Shown here in pieces: positions 1 through 9,965 of a stretch of DNA of 64,000 nt (its first letter is position 1; each line of letters starts with the position of its first letter). The stretch covers positions 61,547 to 125,546 of the IMG/VR virus record IMGVR_UViG_3300028859_000011; one strand, given 5' to 3'. The notes under the pieces were generated by a model that saw only the letters and a list, made by a program, of their open reading frames with translations, was not told the DNA's origin and did not search any database. Made by a program: the position numbers and the translations under genes. Origin of the DNA: a virus.

Positions 1-711
1 TCAAAATATTCAATATTTGATATTGATGATAATTTACTTATTATGAATACGCCTTTACATTTTCAACATTTTGAAAATGGTAAATGGACAAATAAAGATG
101 TCTCAATTCAAGATTTTTCTAAAATACGTTCTAAATATCCGACAAACTATATTGACAACAATGAATGGAAAGCAGATACTAAATATACATTTTCTGAATT
201 TAGTGATAATGGGACAAGAGTAGATAACGCACTTGTCTATGATATTAAAAAAGCAATAAATAATAAAAATTTTGGACCATCATGGGAATCATTTTTAACA
301 ACTCTAAAAGAAGGTAGATTATTCTCTATTATAACAACAAGAGGACATGAACCTAATACAATTCGTTCAGCAGTTAAATATATAATAGATAGTGTATTAG
401 ATGAGAATTATAAAAATATTATGCTTACAAATATTCAAAAATATAATCAACTATTCAAATTTGAATCAACTGATCAAATAGAAAATTATTTAGATTGCTG
501 CTATTTTATTGGATTAATGTCTCAAGCATTTAAAGATGAATTTTATTTTACTCCAACAATGAAAACAAAAAATCAAGCTATACAAGATTCTACTAACAAA
601 TTTTCAAATTACGTTAAAGAAATTTCACCTGGTGCAATAGATAAATTTATGAGTTTGGAAAAATCATTAGATTTTCCAGAATTTTTTATGATATCTAATT
701 CTAAAAGTTAA
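1..711 (+). CDS. HAD-superfamily phosphatase-like protein, 5'-truncated by the window edge
   Basis: The frame is open from base 1 (SKYSIFDIDDNLLIMNTP...), giving a DxD motif I upstream of the track's Met; IITTRGH resembles motif II. Confidence 0.55.
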   Translation, partial: SKYSIFDIDDNLLIMNTPLHFQHFENGKWTNKDVSIQDFSKIRSKYPTNYIDNNEWKADTKYTFSEFSDNGTRVDNALVYDIKKAINNKNFGPSWESFLTTLKEGRLFSIITTRGHEPNTIRSAVKYIIDSVLDENYKNIMLTNIQKYNQLFKFESTDQIENYLDCCYFIGLMSQAFKDEFYFTPTMKTKNQAIQDSTNKFSNYVKEISPGAIDKFMSLEKSLDFPEFFMISNSKS

Positions 712-727
712 AAAATAATATTTTCAT

Positions 728-777
728 AAAAAATATCTTGAATAATTTTTTTATTCAAGATATTTTTTTTATCTTTG
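728..777 (+). terminator. Inverted-repeat terminator abutting a Bacteroidota-type -7 promoter box (TATCTTTG 770-777) for the ligase gene
   Basis: 18-bp arms 728-745 and 751-768, then TAnnTTTG. Confidence 0.7.
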
Positions 778-808
778 TATTCTATAAACAACATAAAAAT
801 ATAAAAAT

Positions 809-2707
809 ATGACTTTATCAGAAATTTATAAATTGTTAGATAATAACAAATTTAACGAAGCTTCAATCGAAGTTAAAAAACTAAATCAGAAATATCGTAA
901 TGGAGAACCTGAAATAACTGATCCTGAATATGATAAGTTGATTTTAACATTTCAAAAATTAAATCCAGATAATGAAATATTTGAATCTGGCGTTATTGAA
1001 GATAGTGAAGATGTAAATCCAGATAGAAAAGAATCTTTGAAATATCCAATGTATTCATTGGATAAATACCATACAATTGAAGAAATTCATAAATGGTTAA
1101 AAAATAAAGGACTACCTTTAGAAACAGAATTAGTCTGTACATCAAAATATGATGGAATGTCAATCCTTAAAGATGAATATAACCAACTTGCTTGGTCAAG
1201 AGGTGACGGTATAACTGGGGAATCAATGCACTTGCATTACACTAAGCTTAGAGATAAAGGAGAACGAATTAATTTGTTCACTATTGGAGAAATGATTTTT
1301 CCAAAACCAGTTTTTAATAGTCATACCTTTTATAGAGACAACGGAGAACCATTTAAAAATGCTCGTAATATGATCGCAGGACTTAAAAATTCTGATACAC
1401 CATCAGAAGATTTAAAATTTGCTAAACATATTCGTTATGGATATGCAAGTGAAGATTTCACTCAAGATAAATCTGAACAATTAAAATTTATTAATGAAAA
1501 TTTTTCTGATGTACCATATAAAATATTTAAAGCAAAAGATTTGGACTTTGATGAGTTGAATGAAATATTTATTGAATGGGGTAAAGAGTATGATATTGAT
1601 GGACTTGTTTTTGATATTAATGATAAAGATATCAGAAAGAAACTTGGAAGAGAAACTAATAATAATCCTGCATATGCAAGAGCATATAAAAATCCTCAAT
1701 GGTCTGAAACCGCTGAAACAACAATTCTTGAAATTGTTAAAGAAGTCTCTAAGCAATCCTATCTGAAACCAGTTGCTCTCATAACTCCTGTGTTATTGGA
1801 TGGCGCTCTTATATCTAGAGTGACATTAAATAACTATAAGTTTGTAAAAGATAATGGCTTGGGTATCAATAGTTTAATAGAAATTACACGCAGCGGGGGT
1901 GTCATTCCTAAGTTGATTAGAGTGTTAAAATCAACTGGATTTGAAATGCCAACCTTTGGATCATCAAAAGTATTTTGGAATGAAACAGGTGTAGAATTAA
2001 TGGTTGAAGGAACTGAAGAACAAGAGATAAAAAAACTCATTTCATTCTTTGAAATTCTTGGTGCTGAAAATGTATCAGAAGGTATAATTAATCAATTATA
2101 TAATGCTGGGTATAAAACTGTTAAACAAATACTAGAATTATCAAAAGAAGATTTAGAATCATTAGACCGCTTTGGAGATCGGAAATCATCTATAGTTTTT
2201 CAATCCATACATAAAGCAGTTACAAATGTTAAATTATCAAAATTGATGCACGCTTCAAATTTCTTTAAGAATCTTGGTAGTAAAAAGATTGAATTGCTGA
2301 TGCATCTTGATTATAAACCATCACTTGATGAAATTTTAGCAATCAAAGGATTCTCAGATAAATCAGCACATGCATATCTTGATGCTTATGATACTTTTTA
2401 TGAATGGCTTCAAGACAAACCTCAAATAACAATTGAAACAAAACAATTAAAAAATAATATTATGAAAAATAAAGATTTAGAAGGACAAATTTTTGTATTC
2501 ACAGGCTTTAGGCTTAAAAAAGGTAGTGAAGAAGAAAATTTATTTATTAAACATGGTGGAAAAGAAGGGTCATCAATTTCAAAAAATACAACACATTTAG
2601 TTTGCAGTGATATTTCAAGTTCAAGTTCCAAGATGAATAAAGCAAAAGAATTCGGTGTGAAGATAATGTCTATTAGTGATTTTTATGAAATGCTTAAAAA
2701 CTTATAA
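809..2707 (+). CDS. ligA: NAD-dependent DNA ligase
   Basis: KYDG motif I, SRGDG, DIDGLV, TRSGGVIPK, HhH region and C-terminal BRCT (FVFTG...THLV). Confidence 0.96.
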   Translation: MTLSEIYKLLDNNKFNEASIEVKKLNQKYRNGEPEITDPEYDKLILTFQKLNPDNEIFESGVIEDSEDVNPDRKESLKYPMYSLDKYHTIEEIHKWLKNKGLPLETELVCTSKYDGMSILKDEYNQLAWSRGDGITGESMHLHYTKLRDKGERINLFTIGEMIFPKPVFNSHTFYRDNGEPFKNARNMIAGLKNSDTPSEDLKFAKHIRYGYASEDFTQDKSEQLKFINENFSDVPYKIFKAKDLDFDELNEIFIEWGKEYDIDGLVFDINDKDIRKKLGRETNNNPAYARAYKNPQWSETAETTILEIVKEVSKQSYLKPVALITPVLLDGALISRVTLNNYKFVKDNGLGINSLIEITRSGGVIPKLIRVLKSTGFEMPTFGSSKVFWNETGVELMVEGTEEQEIKKLISFFEILGAENVSEGIINQLYNAGYKTVKQILELSKEDLESLDRFGDRKSSIVFQSIHKAVTNVKLSKLMHASNFFKNLGSKKIELLMHLDYKPSLDEILAIKGFSDKSAHAYLDAYDTFYEWLQDKPQITIETKQLKNNIMKNKDLEGQIFVFTGFRLKKGSEEENLFIKHGGKEGSSISKNTTHLVCSDISSSSSKMNKAKEFGVKIMSISDFYEMLKNL

Positions 2708-4057
2708 TGATTTTTTACTTTTTTTCACATAATCTTTTATATTATTCTCCAATAGTTCATATAACCAACCTTTTTTATAGGCTGAGTTATATGCACCAGG
2801 AGCATTTTTTCTAAAATCACCGTGAGTTTTATATTTCCTGATTTCTTCTAAACATTTATCATATGTCCAATAAAGTATTATTCCGCCTATTGAACCTGTT
2901 TTGTTTTTATTTAAAGCTTTCCAATTGTTAGTTTTATATTCATTTAAGATAATTTCTTCCATTTTTACAGCATCTTTAACATCTAAATAATCACTTTTTA
3001 TTATAAAATTAGGTTGAATATTTGTATTCTTTATATATTTATAAATAGAATCTTTATCATCATTTAAATGTTGATAGTGTCGTCTATTTAAATCACATGT
3101 CAATCCAACATAACAAGTATTATCGGAAAATTCATAAACATACAATGCTCTTTTATAAAAATTTGGCATTTTTTTCATATGTTCTAATAATTCACTCCAG
3201 CCATTATTATTTATTCTATAATAAGCGCCACCATTATCTTTTCTGAAATCTTTTAAATTGTCATATTTTAGTGCAACATCTTTACATTTATCATATGTCC
3301 AATAATTGGGTGGTTTTTGTTCTCTCAATTTTTCAATTATATCTAACCAACTATGCCTATATATAGCATCAACTGCTCCAGGATATTTCTTATTGAAATC
3401 TTTTAAAGTTTTAAATTTTTTAGAATATTTTTTGCACTCATCATATGTCCATTCATTTTTAATCTTACATTTCATATTATTAAGAATATCGTACCATTTA
3501 TTTTTAAGTATTGATGTGTATGCACTTGAAGAATATTTTTTTAAATCATATTTATATTCATATTTTAGTGATTCTTCTACACATTTATCATACGTCCATA
3601 TTTTTGCATTTGGCATATGATTTAATAATTCGTTCCAATTATTTTTAAAAATTTTCCTATATACAGCCGAATGGTTTTTACTTAATTCTGTTCTATTTGA
3701 ATAATTAGATGCAATATTTTTACATTCATCATAAGACCATCCACCAATTTTTATAGTATAAAAGTCTTCAAGTAAATCGTTCCATTTATTATTTAAAATA
3801 ACTTTATATATCCATTTGTTTTTAAATTCTGCGAGTTTTTTATATTTGGCTAACTCTGTTTTACATTTCTCATAAGTAGTACAGTATCCGTTAATTTTTC
3901 TAATATCAATAAAATGTTTCGCCAATTCTATCCATTTATTTTTATAAATCAAGTTATATGCTGTTCCATATTTTTTTCTTAGTTCTTCTTTAGTATTACA
4001 TTCTAACGCAGCTTCTTTACATTTTTCATATGTCCAATATCCATTTGGTTTCTTCAT
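2702..4057 (-). CDS. GIY-YIG-type homing endonuclease with tandem helical repeats
   Basis: LYVYEF-x5-YVG...R..QH nuclease motif; about 7 repeats of WTY[ED]KC...K..Y..I.K..W..L. Confidence 0.75.
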   Translation of the reverse strand: MKKPNGYWTYEKCKEAALECNTKEELRKKYGTAYNLIYKNKWIELAKHFIDIRKINGYCTTYEKCKTELAKYKKLAEFKNKWIYKVILNNKWNDLLEDFYTIKIGGWSYDECKNIASNYSNRTELSKNHSAVYRKIFKNNWNELLNHMPNAKIWTYDKCVEESLKYEYKYDLKKYSSSAYTSILKNKWYDILNNMKCKIKNEWTYDECKKYSKKFKTLKDFNKKYPGAVDAIYRHSWLDIIEKLREQKPPNYWTYDKCKDVALKYDNLKDFRKDNGGAYYRINNNGWSELLEHMKKMPNFYKRALYVYEFSDNTCYVGLTCDLNRRHYQHLNDDKDSIYKYIKNTNIQPNFIIKSDYLDVKDAVKMEEIILNEYKTNNWKALNKNKTGSIGGIILYWTYDKCLEEIRKYKTHGDFRKNAPGAYNSAYKKGWLYELLENNIKDYVKKSKKSL

Positions 4058-4059
4058 AT

Positions 4060-4218
4060 TTACAATTTTATTTTTTTAATTCTATCATCTGTATATTTTA
4101 CATTAAGATCATTATATACCAGCCATTCTATATACTTTGATTTATTTGAAATTAGTTTTAGCATTAAGTTATCTAAGTCTTTATTTACCGTTATTCTTAT
4201 ATTTACTTTTTTATCCAT
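4060..4218 (-). CDS. Small ribbon-helix-helix protein (52 aa, not in ORF track)
   Basis: MDKKVNIRITVNKDLDNLMLKLISNKSKYIEWLV; same pattern as the divergent ORF 4321-4512. Confidence 0.55.
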   Translation of the reverse strand: MDKKVNIRITVNKDLDNLMLKLISNKSKYIEWLVYNDLNVKYTDDRIKKIKL

Positions 4219-4320
4219 GATATTTTTTATTCTATATATAAATATATTAAGGTCATAAAAATGATTTTTTAGTGATTTAACAAACTATTTTAAAATATTT
4301 TTATATTATAAATAAAAACT

Positions 4321-4512
4321 ATGTCGAGACACAAATTATCAGAAGATATTAAGAAGCCTAAAATAAGCATAACATTAAATAGAGATTTGGATGTTATTTT
4401 ACAAGATTATATAAAAGAGAATGATTTAAGTCGTTCAAAATATATTGAAAATCTCATAAAGAGTGATATGGAAAAACGGGGATATAAAATAAAGGAAGAT
4501 TTTGAGAAATAA
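4321..4512 (+). CDS. Ribbon-helix-helix (CopG/Arc-like) DNA-binding protein
   Basis: KISITLNRDL...LSRSKYIENLI beta-alpha-alpha pattern. Confidence 0.65.
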   Translation: MSRHKLSEDIKKPKISITLNRDLDVILQDYIKENDLSRSKYIENLIKSDMEKRGYKIKEDFEK

Positions 4513-4627
4513 ATTTGGTAGGTATAAATAAATATATTATCTTTGTTGATATAAAAATAAACAAAAATATTGAACAATTAATTTGGTAATTAGAAATAAA
4601 TATATTATCTTTGTTGATATAAAAATA
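4511..4627 (+). promoter_or_regulatory. Tandemly duplicated Bacteroidota sigma-A promoter
   Basis: TTTG-N20-TATCTTTG at 4514-4545 and again at 4582-4613; aaataaatatattatctttgttgatataaaaata is repeated. Confidence 0.8.
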
Positions 4628-4632
4628 TAATT

Positions 4633-4935
4633 ATGGGTTGGGGAACAGATTTTACAGCAAATGTATATCTTAATAGAATGTCTTTTGAGGCTATTGAAGA
4701 TGTAAGAAATAAAATTGATGAGAATATTAATGTTATTAATGATGCAAAGCAAAAAATAAAAATGTTTGTATCTTCTACTCCTATTGGTATTATACCAGAT
4801 GAATGGAAAGAAGAGCCAATTAATTGGCTAAATTCAGAAATTGATATTTTATTTGAAATAATAGATGAATCAATTAAAGAAAATGTAATACTATATCAAT
4901 ATGTTAAATATTTAGAAAATAAATCTAGTTTATAA
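4633..4935 (+). CDS. Hypothetical protein
   Basis: 100-aa ORF directly behind the promoter pair. Confidence 0.7.
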   Translation: MGWGTDFTANVYLNRMSFEAIEDVRNKIDENINVINDAKQKIKMFVSSTPIGIIPDEWKEEPINWLNSEIDILFEIIDESIKENVILYQYVKYLENKSSL

Positions 4936-5017
4936 TAAGAAGTCTGCCGATTCAGGTTAAGATATACATATTTGGAGGGTGCACCCCCGCTATCAGAGAT
5001 AGAAGACTACTTATTAT
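4932..5017 (+). ncRNA. Candidate structured RNA of unknown class
   Basis: GC-rich island; closing stem 4932-4945/5004-5017 with one mismatch; internal hairpins GGAGGG-TGCA-CCCCC and CTATC-AGA-GATAG. Confidence 0.35.
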
Positions 5018-5072
5018 AAACTTATTATAAACTTATTGTTTTTCTTTTAGTATATAAGAAAAAATTAAATTT

Positions 5073-5270
5073 ATGAATTATAATATAATAGTTTATCTTG
5101 ATGATGAAACAGAAATAACAATACCTACTGAGTATGAAAATGAATACACATTAAGGCAAAATGTGACAGGAATAGGAAATAATGGAGTATGGCAACAATT
5201 TGATAAAGATTTCTTATTTATACCATCACATAGAATATTAAAAATCGAAGTAAAAGAAGATAAAAAATAA
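5073..5270 (+). CDS. Hypothetical protein
   Basis: ORF with A-rich leader. Confidence 0.65.
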   Translation: MNYNIIVYLDDETEITIPTEYENEYTLRQNVTGIGNNGVWQQFDKDFLFIPSHRILKIEVKEDKK

Positions 5271-5280
5271 AAAATAAAAT

Positions 5281-5517
5281 ATGAAAAAAAAGGAATATAA
5301 AATTCAAATGACTCTTTCAATTGAATCGGAAGACGCTGATTATGAAAGAGTAGAACAATATGCACAAGAACTTTCAGAAAGTATTATGCAGGATAATACA
5401 TTAGTGTATGATGATATAGAAATTGTAGAAACTGTAGTATCTGATGTACAAGATCTTAATGATGATGAAGATATCAATAATTCATATAAAGAAGACGACG
5501 AAGAAGAAGGATATTAA
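5281..5517 (+). CDS. Acidic hypothetical protein
   Basis: ORF with a D/E-rich tail. Confidence 0.7.
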   Translation: MKKKEYKIQMTLSIESEDADYERVEQYAQELSESIMQDNTLVYDDIEIVETVVSDVQDLNDDEDINNSYKEDDEEEGY

Positions 5518-5559
5518 TTAAAAATATATTAAACAATAAAAAATTATAAATAAAAAATT

Positions 5560-5901
5560 ATGAACATTACAGAAAAATTATCAGAATTAACTGATCCAAC
5601 AACTGAAAATCAAAAAGAATTTCTTAATGAGGTTAAAGAAATTAAAATTTTTGATCTTAGTGAAACTGACAAATTAGCATTAATTGATTTCCTTTGTGAA
5701 AAAGCTGATCAAGATTTAGCTATTGATTATCTTTATCATGTGTTGGATAATGAAATTTCATATCCAATTGATGATGAAAAAGTAAAATCTCTTTTCTCAG
5801 ACGAAAGAATGCAGAAATTGAAAGATGTTATGCTATCACAACTTAATGATGAAGAAGAAGGAACAGAAGTTGAATCTGAAGATGAAACAACAGAAGCCTA
5901 A
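5560..5901 (+). CDS. Acidic hypothetical protein
   Basis: ORF with a D/E-rich tail. Confidence 0.7.
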   Translation: MNITEKLSELTDPTTENQKEFLNEVKEIKIFDLSETDKLALIDFLCEKADQDLAIDYLYHVLDNEISYPIDDEKVKSLFSDERMQKLKDVMLSQLNDEEEGTEVESEDETTEA

Positions 5902-5918
5902 TTAAAAAATCATTATAA

Positions 5919-6024
5919 TAAACCTATAATTATCAAGTGCATTATACAATTTACTTGATAATTATAGGTTTATTTAAAAAATATTGAGTTTCCTTTGGTA
6001 ATTCAAAAACTTTCCTTATCTTTG
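5919..6024 (+). terminator. 20-bp perfect inverted repeat followed by a sigma-A promoter (TTTG 5994-5997, TATCTTTG 6017-6024) for clpP
   Basis: Arms 5919-5938 and 5953-5972. Confidence 0.75.
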
Positions 6025-6061
6025 TATCTAATCAATTAAATAATAACTAAAATATTAAATT

Positions 6062-6811
6062 ATGCAGAAAAACGATTTCAAAAACTACGCTACTAAGCAT
6101 TTACGTATGAATTCAACAGTGGTAGATAATGCAATAAAATATCAAATTAAGAATTATGGACTAACCCCTATGATATTAGAAGAAAGAAAATTAAATGTTA
6201 CACAATTATCTGTGTTTGATAGATTGCTTTTAGATAGAATTTTATGGGTCTCTGGAGAAGTAGATGATGTTATGTCAGATATTATTCAAGCACAATTGTT
6301 ATATTTGGATAATGCAGAACCTGGAAAGGATATTACAATGCAAATTTCAAGTCCAGGCGGGTCAGTTATACAAGGACTTGGTATCATTGATGTAATGAAC
6401 TGGATTAAGTCTGATGTGTCTACAGTCAATTTAGCAATGTGCGCGTCAATGGGGTCTGTTCTACTTTCTTCTGGTGAAAAAGGTAAACGTTCATCACTAA
6501 TTAATGCTACCGTTATGTTACATCATGTTGCTGCTGGAACTAGTGGTAAAGTAGATGACACTCGTATTAGTCAAATGGAGACTGAAAAATATAATTTTTT
6601 ATTATTCAAGATTCTTTCTCAAAATACTGGAAAGCCGTTTGAAGAAATCCACAATTTTTGTCAAAGAGATAAATGGTTAAATTCAGATCAAGCAGTACAA
6701 TATGGTTTGATCGATACTATTATTGGATTAAAAGATGATAATTCAAATTCAATTACCACTATGATGGATGGATTTAATGATTATTATGATAAATATGTAT
6801 TAGATAAATAA
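6062..6811 (+). CDS. clpP: ATP-dependent Clp protease proteolytic subunit
   Basis: LLDRILWV, IIQAQLLYLD, SPGGSV, catalytic Ser in CASMGS, His in MLHH, RDKWLNSDQAVQYGLID. Confidence 0.96.
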   Translation: MQKNDFKNYATKHLRMNSTVVDNAIKYQIKNYGLTPMILEERKLNVTQLSVFDRLLLDRILWVSGEVDDVMSDIIQAQLLYLDNAEPGKDITMQISSPGGSVIQGLGIIDVMNWIKSDVSTVNLAMCASMGSVLLSSGEKGKRSSLINATVMLHHVAAGTSGKVDDTRISQMETEKYNFLLFKILSQNTGKPFEEIHNFCQRDKWLNSDQAVQYGLIDTIIGLKDDNSNSITTMMDGFNDYYDKYVLDK

Positions 6812-6818
6812 AATTATT

Positions 6819-7343
6819 ATGACTGAAAAATTAGATAACTATTTAGTTAAAAAATATCCAAAAATTTTCATAGATCGTTATGAAGGTATGACTAAGACTG
6901 CAATGTGTTGGGGATTTGAACATGGTGATGGTTGGTTTTGGATATTAGATCAGTTATGTTATTCTATTCAAAATTATATAGATAATAATAACGAATATAG
7001 ATCTGATGATAAAAAAATCTCTCAAGTTGTTGCAACTCAAGTTAAAGAAAAATTTGGAACTTTAAGTTTCTATTTTAATGGAGGCGATGAACAAATAGAT
7101 GGTATGGTAAGATTTGCTGAAAATATGTCTGCAAATACTTGTGAATTTTGTGGATCAACTGAAAATATTGGATTTACAAAAGGATGGATATCAACAATTT
7201 GTAAATCTTGTTATGATAATTCAGACGATAGAATTAAAAATAGAATATGGTCTGAACATAAAAACAATCTATCTTATAGTGATACAATAAAAGCAGTAAG
7301 AAAAATTAAACTTGATAAAATAGACAACATTAAAAAAATATAA
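6819..7343 (+). CDS. Conserved-type phage hypothetical protein with CxxC pairs
   Basis: GDGWFWIL, QVKEKFGTL, CEFCG...ICKSC; C-terminal RKIKLDKI tag. Confidence 0.75.
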   Translation: MTEKLDNYLVKKYPKIFIDRYEGMTKTAMCWGFEHGDGWFWILDQLCYSIQNYIDNNNEYRSDDKKISQVVATQVKEKFGTLSFYFNGGDEQIDGMVRFAENMSANTCEFCGSTENIGFTKGWISTICKSCYDNSDDRIKNRIWSEHKNNLSYSDTIKAVRKIKLDKIDNIKKI

Positions 7344-7474
7344 GTCTTATAATCTATCAATGATATTATAGAATTTTAATCAATAATATAGAAAAATATT
7401 ATATTAAACTTTATTTTATATTATTTATATATAGTACAAAGATACAAATATATTTTGATTAAACCAAATAATTA

Positions 7475-8935
7475 TTGAATTTAATGATCAAATCTTATAA
7501 ATTTATCACCAACGCAAATGATATTAAAACAAAACACATTCAGGATAAATTATATCCAGAGTGGCGTAGAGTAGCTGAAGTGTTAATAAATAAACATATG
7601 AATCATTACTATAAATATAATTCAATTTGTATTGATAACTCGCTCTACAAAGACGTTTATACATTTCTAACTGAACGTTATAAAGATGCAATAAATAGAC
7701 AAGTAGTTGGATTGTTTAAATCTAAAGTCAGTAATTTCAAGCGTAAATTCAACAAGATTGTACTATCAAGTAACTTAAGTAACGAAATAAAGAAAGATTT
7801 ATGTTTAGTAAATAAAAGGAATTTATTTTTCATTAATGAAGACATTCATGGTAAAAATCACAAGGTAAATTACGAAACAATTAAACTTGGTCGTTGGATA
7901 TTCAAGAACTTCTTTGGTAAATTACCATCATGCAAAAATATTAACATGGTACTTCAGTATAAAATTGCCGTCATTGAAACACCAACTGGCTTAAATTCTA
8001 ATATAAAATATGTAATTAAATTATCATCAGGAAAAAAAAATATCAAAGGTAAATTTTATTACATTCCTTTACTAAATAATAAATACGCTGACAAATTTGA
8101 AGGTAAACTTAATACTTCTTGTACATTAATATTCAAAGATCATAAATTCAATAGTGTATTGATAACTAAAGAATTAGATATTATTAAACCAGAATTAAGT
8201 AAAGTTAAATTATCGTTTGACATTGGATTAAATATTCTGTTAGCAACAAATAATGGAGAAACCTACGGTAAATGGTACTTGAAAAAGTTAAAGAAATTAG
8301 ATGATCAATTAATGATATTAACTAATCATTTGAAAGAAATTCATGGTAAGTATGTAAAGTTATCTGAGTTTAGTGAATATAATAAATTAGTTAATATGAT
8401 TAGAGATTTCAGTAAAAACGAGATCAATCGGATATTTAATAAAATTTATAAAAAATATAAACCAGAAACCTTAATCATGGAAGATTTAGATTTTAAAGGT
8501 AGTAACATTGGCAAAAAGAATAATCGTTTACTCCATAGATTTGGATTAAGTATTATCAAGAGTAAACTTAATCAATTAAAAATAGATTACGGAGTTAAAA
8601 TTAAATTTATTGATGCAGCTTACTCAAGCCAGACTTGTAGTAAATGTGGATATATAGACAAAAATAATAGAAAATCACAGAAAGAATTTGAATGTCTTTG
8701 CTGTGGTAAAAAAATAAATGCTGATGTTAATGCAGGTAAAACATTATATAATTTCGAAGAACGTTTCGGCGAAAAATTGTTTTACACAGTTAATGACAGG
8801 AATAAGAAAAGAACCCTTTTGATCAATGATTTTATTGACAGTAAGGTATGGACGGATAATGAGAGGCTTATCCAAGCATTAAATAATAATCCTTACAAAA
8901 AAGATTATTATTTAATACTCCGTGAAAAATTATAA
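7475..8935 (+). mobile_element. tnpB: Solo TnpB (IS200/IS605-family RNA-guided nuclease-like)
   Basis: RuvC-I SFDIG, RuvC-II MEDLDF, AAYSSQTCSKCG...CLCCG zinc ribbon, RuvC-III NADVNAG; no tnpA adjacent. Confidence 0.88.
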
Positions 8936-9030
8936 AATTATAAATATTTATATAATTTTCTATATTTTTTACAACTCTCCTGACTTATATCAAAAAATAT
9001 AATCTAAATTAAAATTATAAAATAATTATT

Positions 9031-9534
9031 ATGAGTTATGAAGATATATTAAATGCAATAGAACAATCTAAAGGAAGTTATATTGAGTTAATTATGGATT
9101 CTATCAGTAAATCTTTTTTAATAATGATCAAAAAAGATTTTATTAAATTTGGATATAGAATAATAATAGGCACAGAATATTTATCAGATATCGAAAAATT
9201 AAATAATTTCATAAAAAATATTAATGAAAAAACAATAATTTTTTTTGATAGTATTTTTGTTCCAAAAAATAATGTAAAATTAAATTTATTTCTTAATTCT
9301 AGTTGTATTATAATATTTTTAAGTAAATACTCTAATAGTAAGCATAATTTTAATTTTAATTATACATTATCATTTATGACATCATTAATAATATCAATAG
9401 TATCAAATAATTTAAGAGTATTAAAATCAAGATATACAAATACATATAACAATGAAATTTTAAATATTACCATATTATTAAGAAAAAATAAATTAGAAGA
9501 ACTTGAGTATAACATAAAAAATAATAAAATATGA
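9031..9534 (+). CDS. Hypothetical protein with RKxKL C-terminal tag
   Basis: ORF ending LLRKNKLEELE... Confidence 0.6.
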   Translation: MSYEDILNAIEQSKGSYIELIMDSISKSFLIMIKKDFIKFGYRIIIGTEYLSDIEKLNNFIKNINEKTIIFFDSIFVPKNNVKLNLFLNSSCIIIFLSKYSNSKHNFNFNYTLSFMTSLIISIVSNNLRVLKSRYTNTYNNEILNITILLRKNKLEELEYNIKNNKI

Positions 9535-9929
9535 AAAACGTAAAAGAATTTGTAGAACAATTAGTTAAAATTGAGTTGATGGACGGTGAAGAATGTTATG
9601 GACATTATCCATTTCAATTATTTGTAGAAACCAGTGATGGTAAATTTGAAATGAATGCATTAGCATTGGGAGGAGATGTTGAATCTTGTTATAATAGAGC
9701 TAAAAAATATTTTAATGAAGGTGCAAAAAAAGTATTTATGTCATTAGATTTTCCTGAATCAATAGACATTAATAATGATTTTGTTTGTATATACTCTATT
9801 GTAGATGGTGAATTTGATGTGTATGCAATTCCATATAATTTTGAAACAGGAGAAATATATGATGAGATTCATGAAAGTGAAATATTGGATAAAATACTAG
9901 AAGATTTTAAATCAATTTGTTTAAAATAA
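9531..9929 (+). CDS. Hypothetical protein
   Basis: ATGA-coupled ORF. Confidence 0.7.
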   Translation: MKNVKEFVEQLVKIELMDGEECYGHYPFQLFVETSDGKFEMNALALGGDVESCYNRAKKYFNEGAKKVFMSLDFPESIDINNDFVCIYSIVDGEFDVYAIPYNFETGEIYDEIHESEILDKILEDFKSICLK

Positions 9930-9933
9930 AAAT

Positions 9934-9965
9934 AAATTCCTGAAGTTATAAAATTTCAGGAATTT
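9934..9965. terminator. Bidirectional terminator between convergent genes
   Basis: aaattcctgaa ... ttcaggaattt. Confidence 0.65.

Noticed and set aside
7475-8935. Cas12f-type CRISPR effector
   Set aside because: No repeat-spacer array or cas1/cas2 nearby; the motifs fit TnpB.
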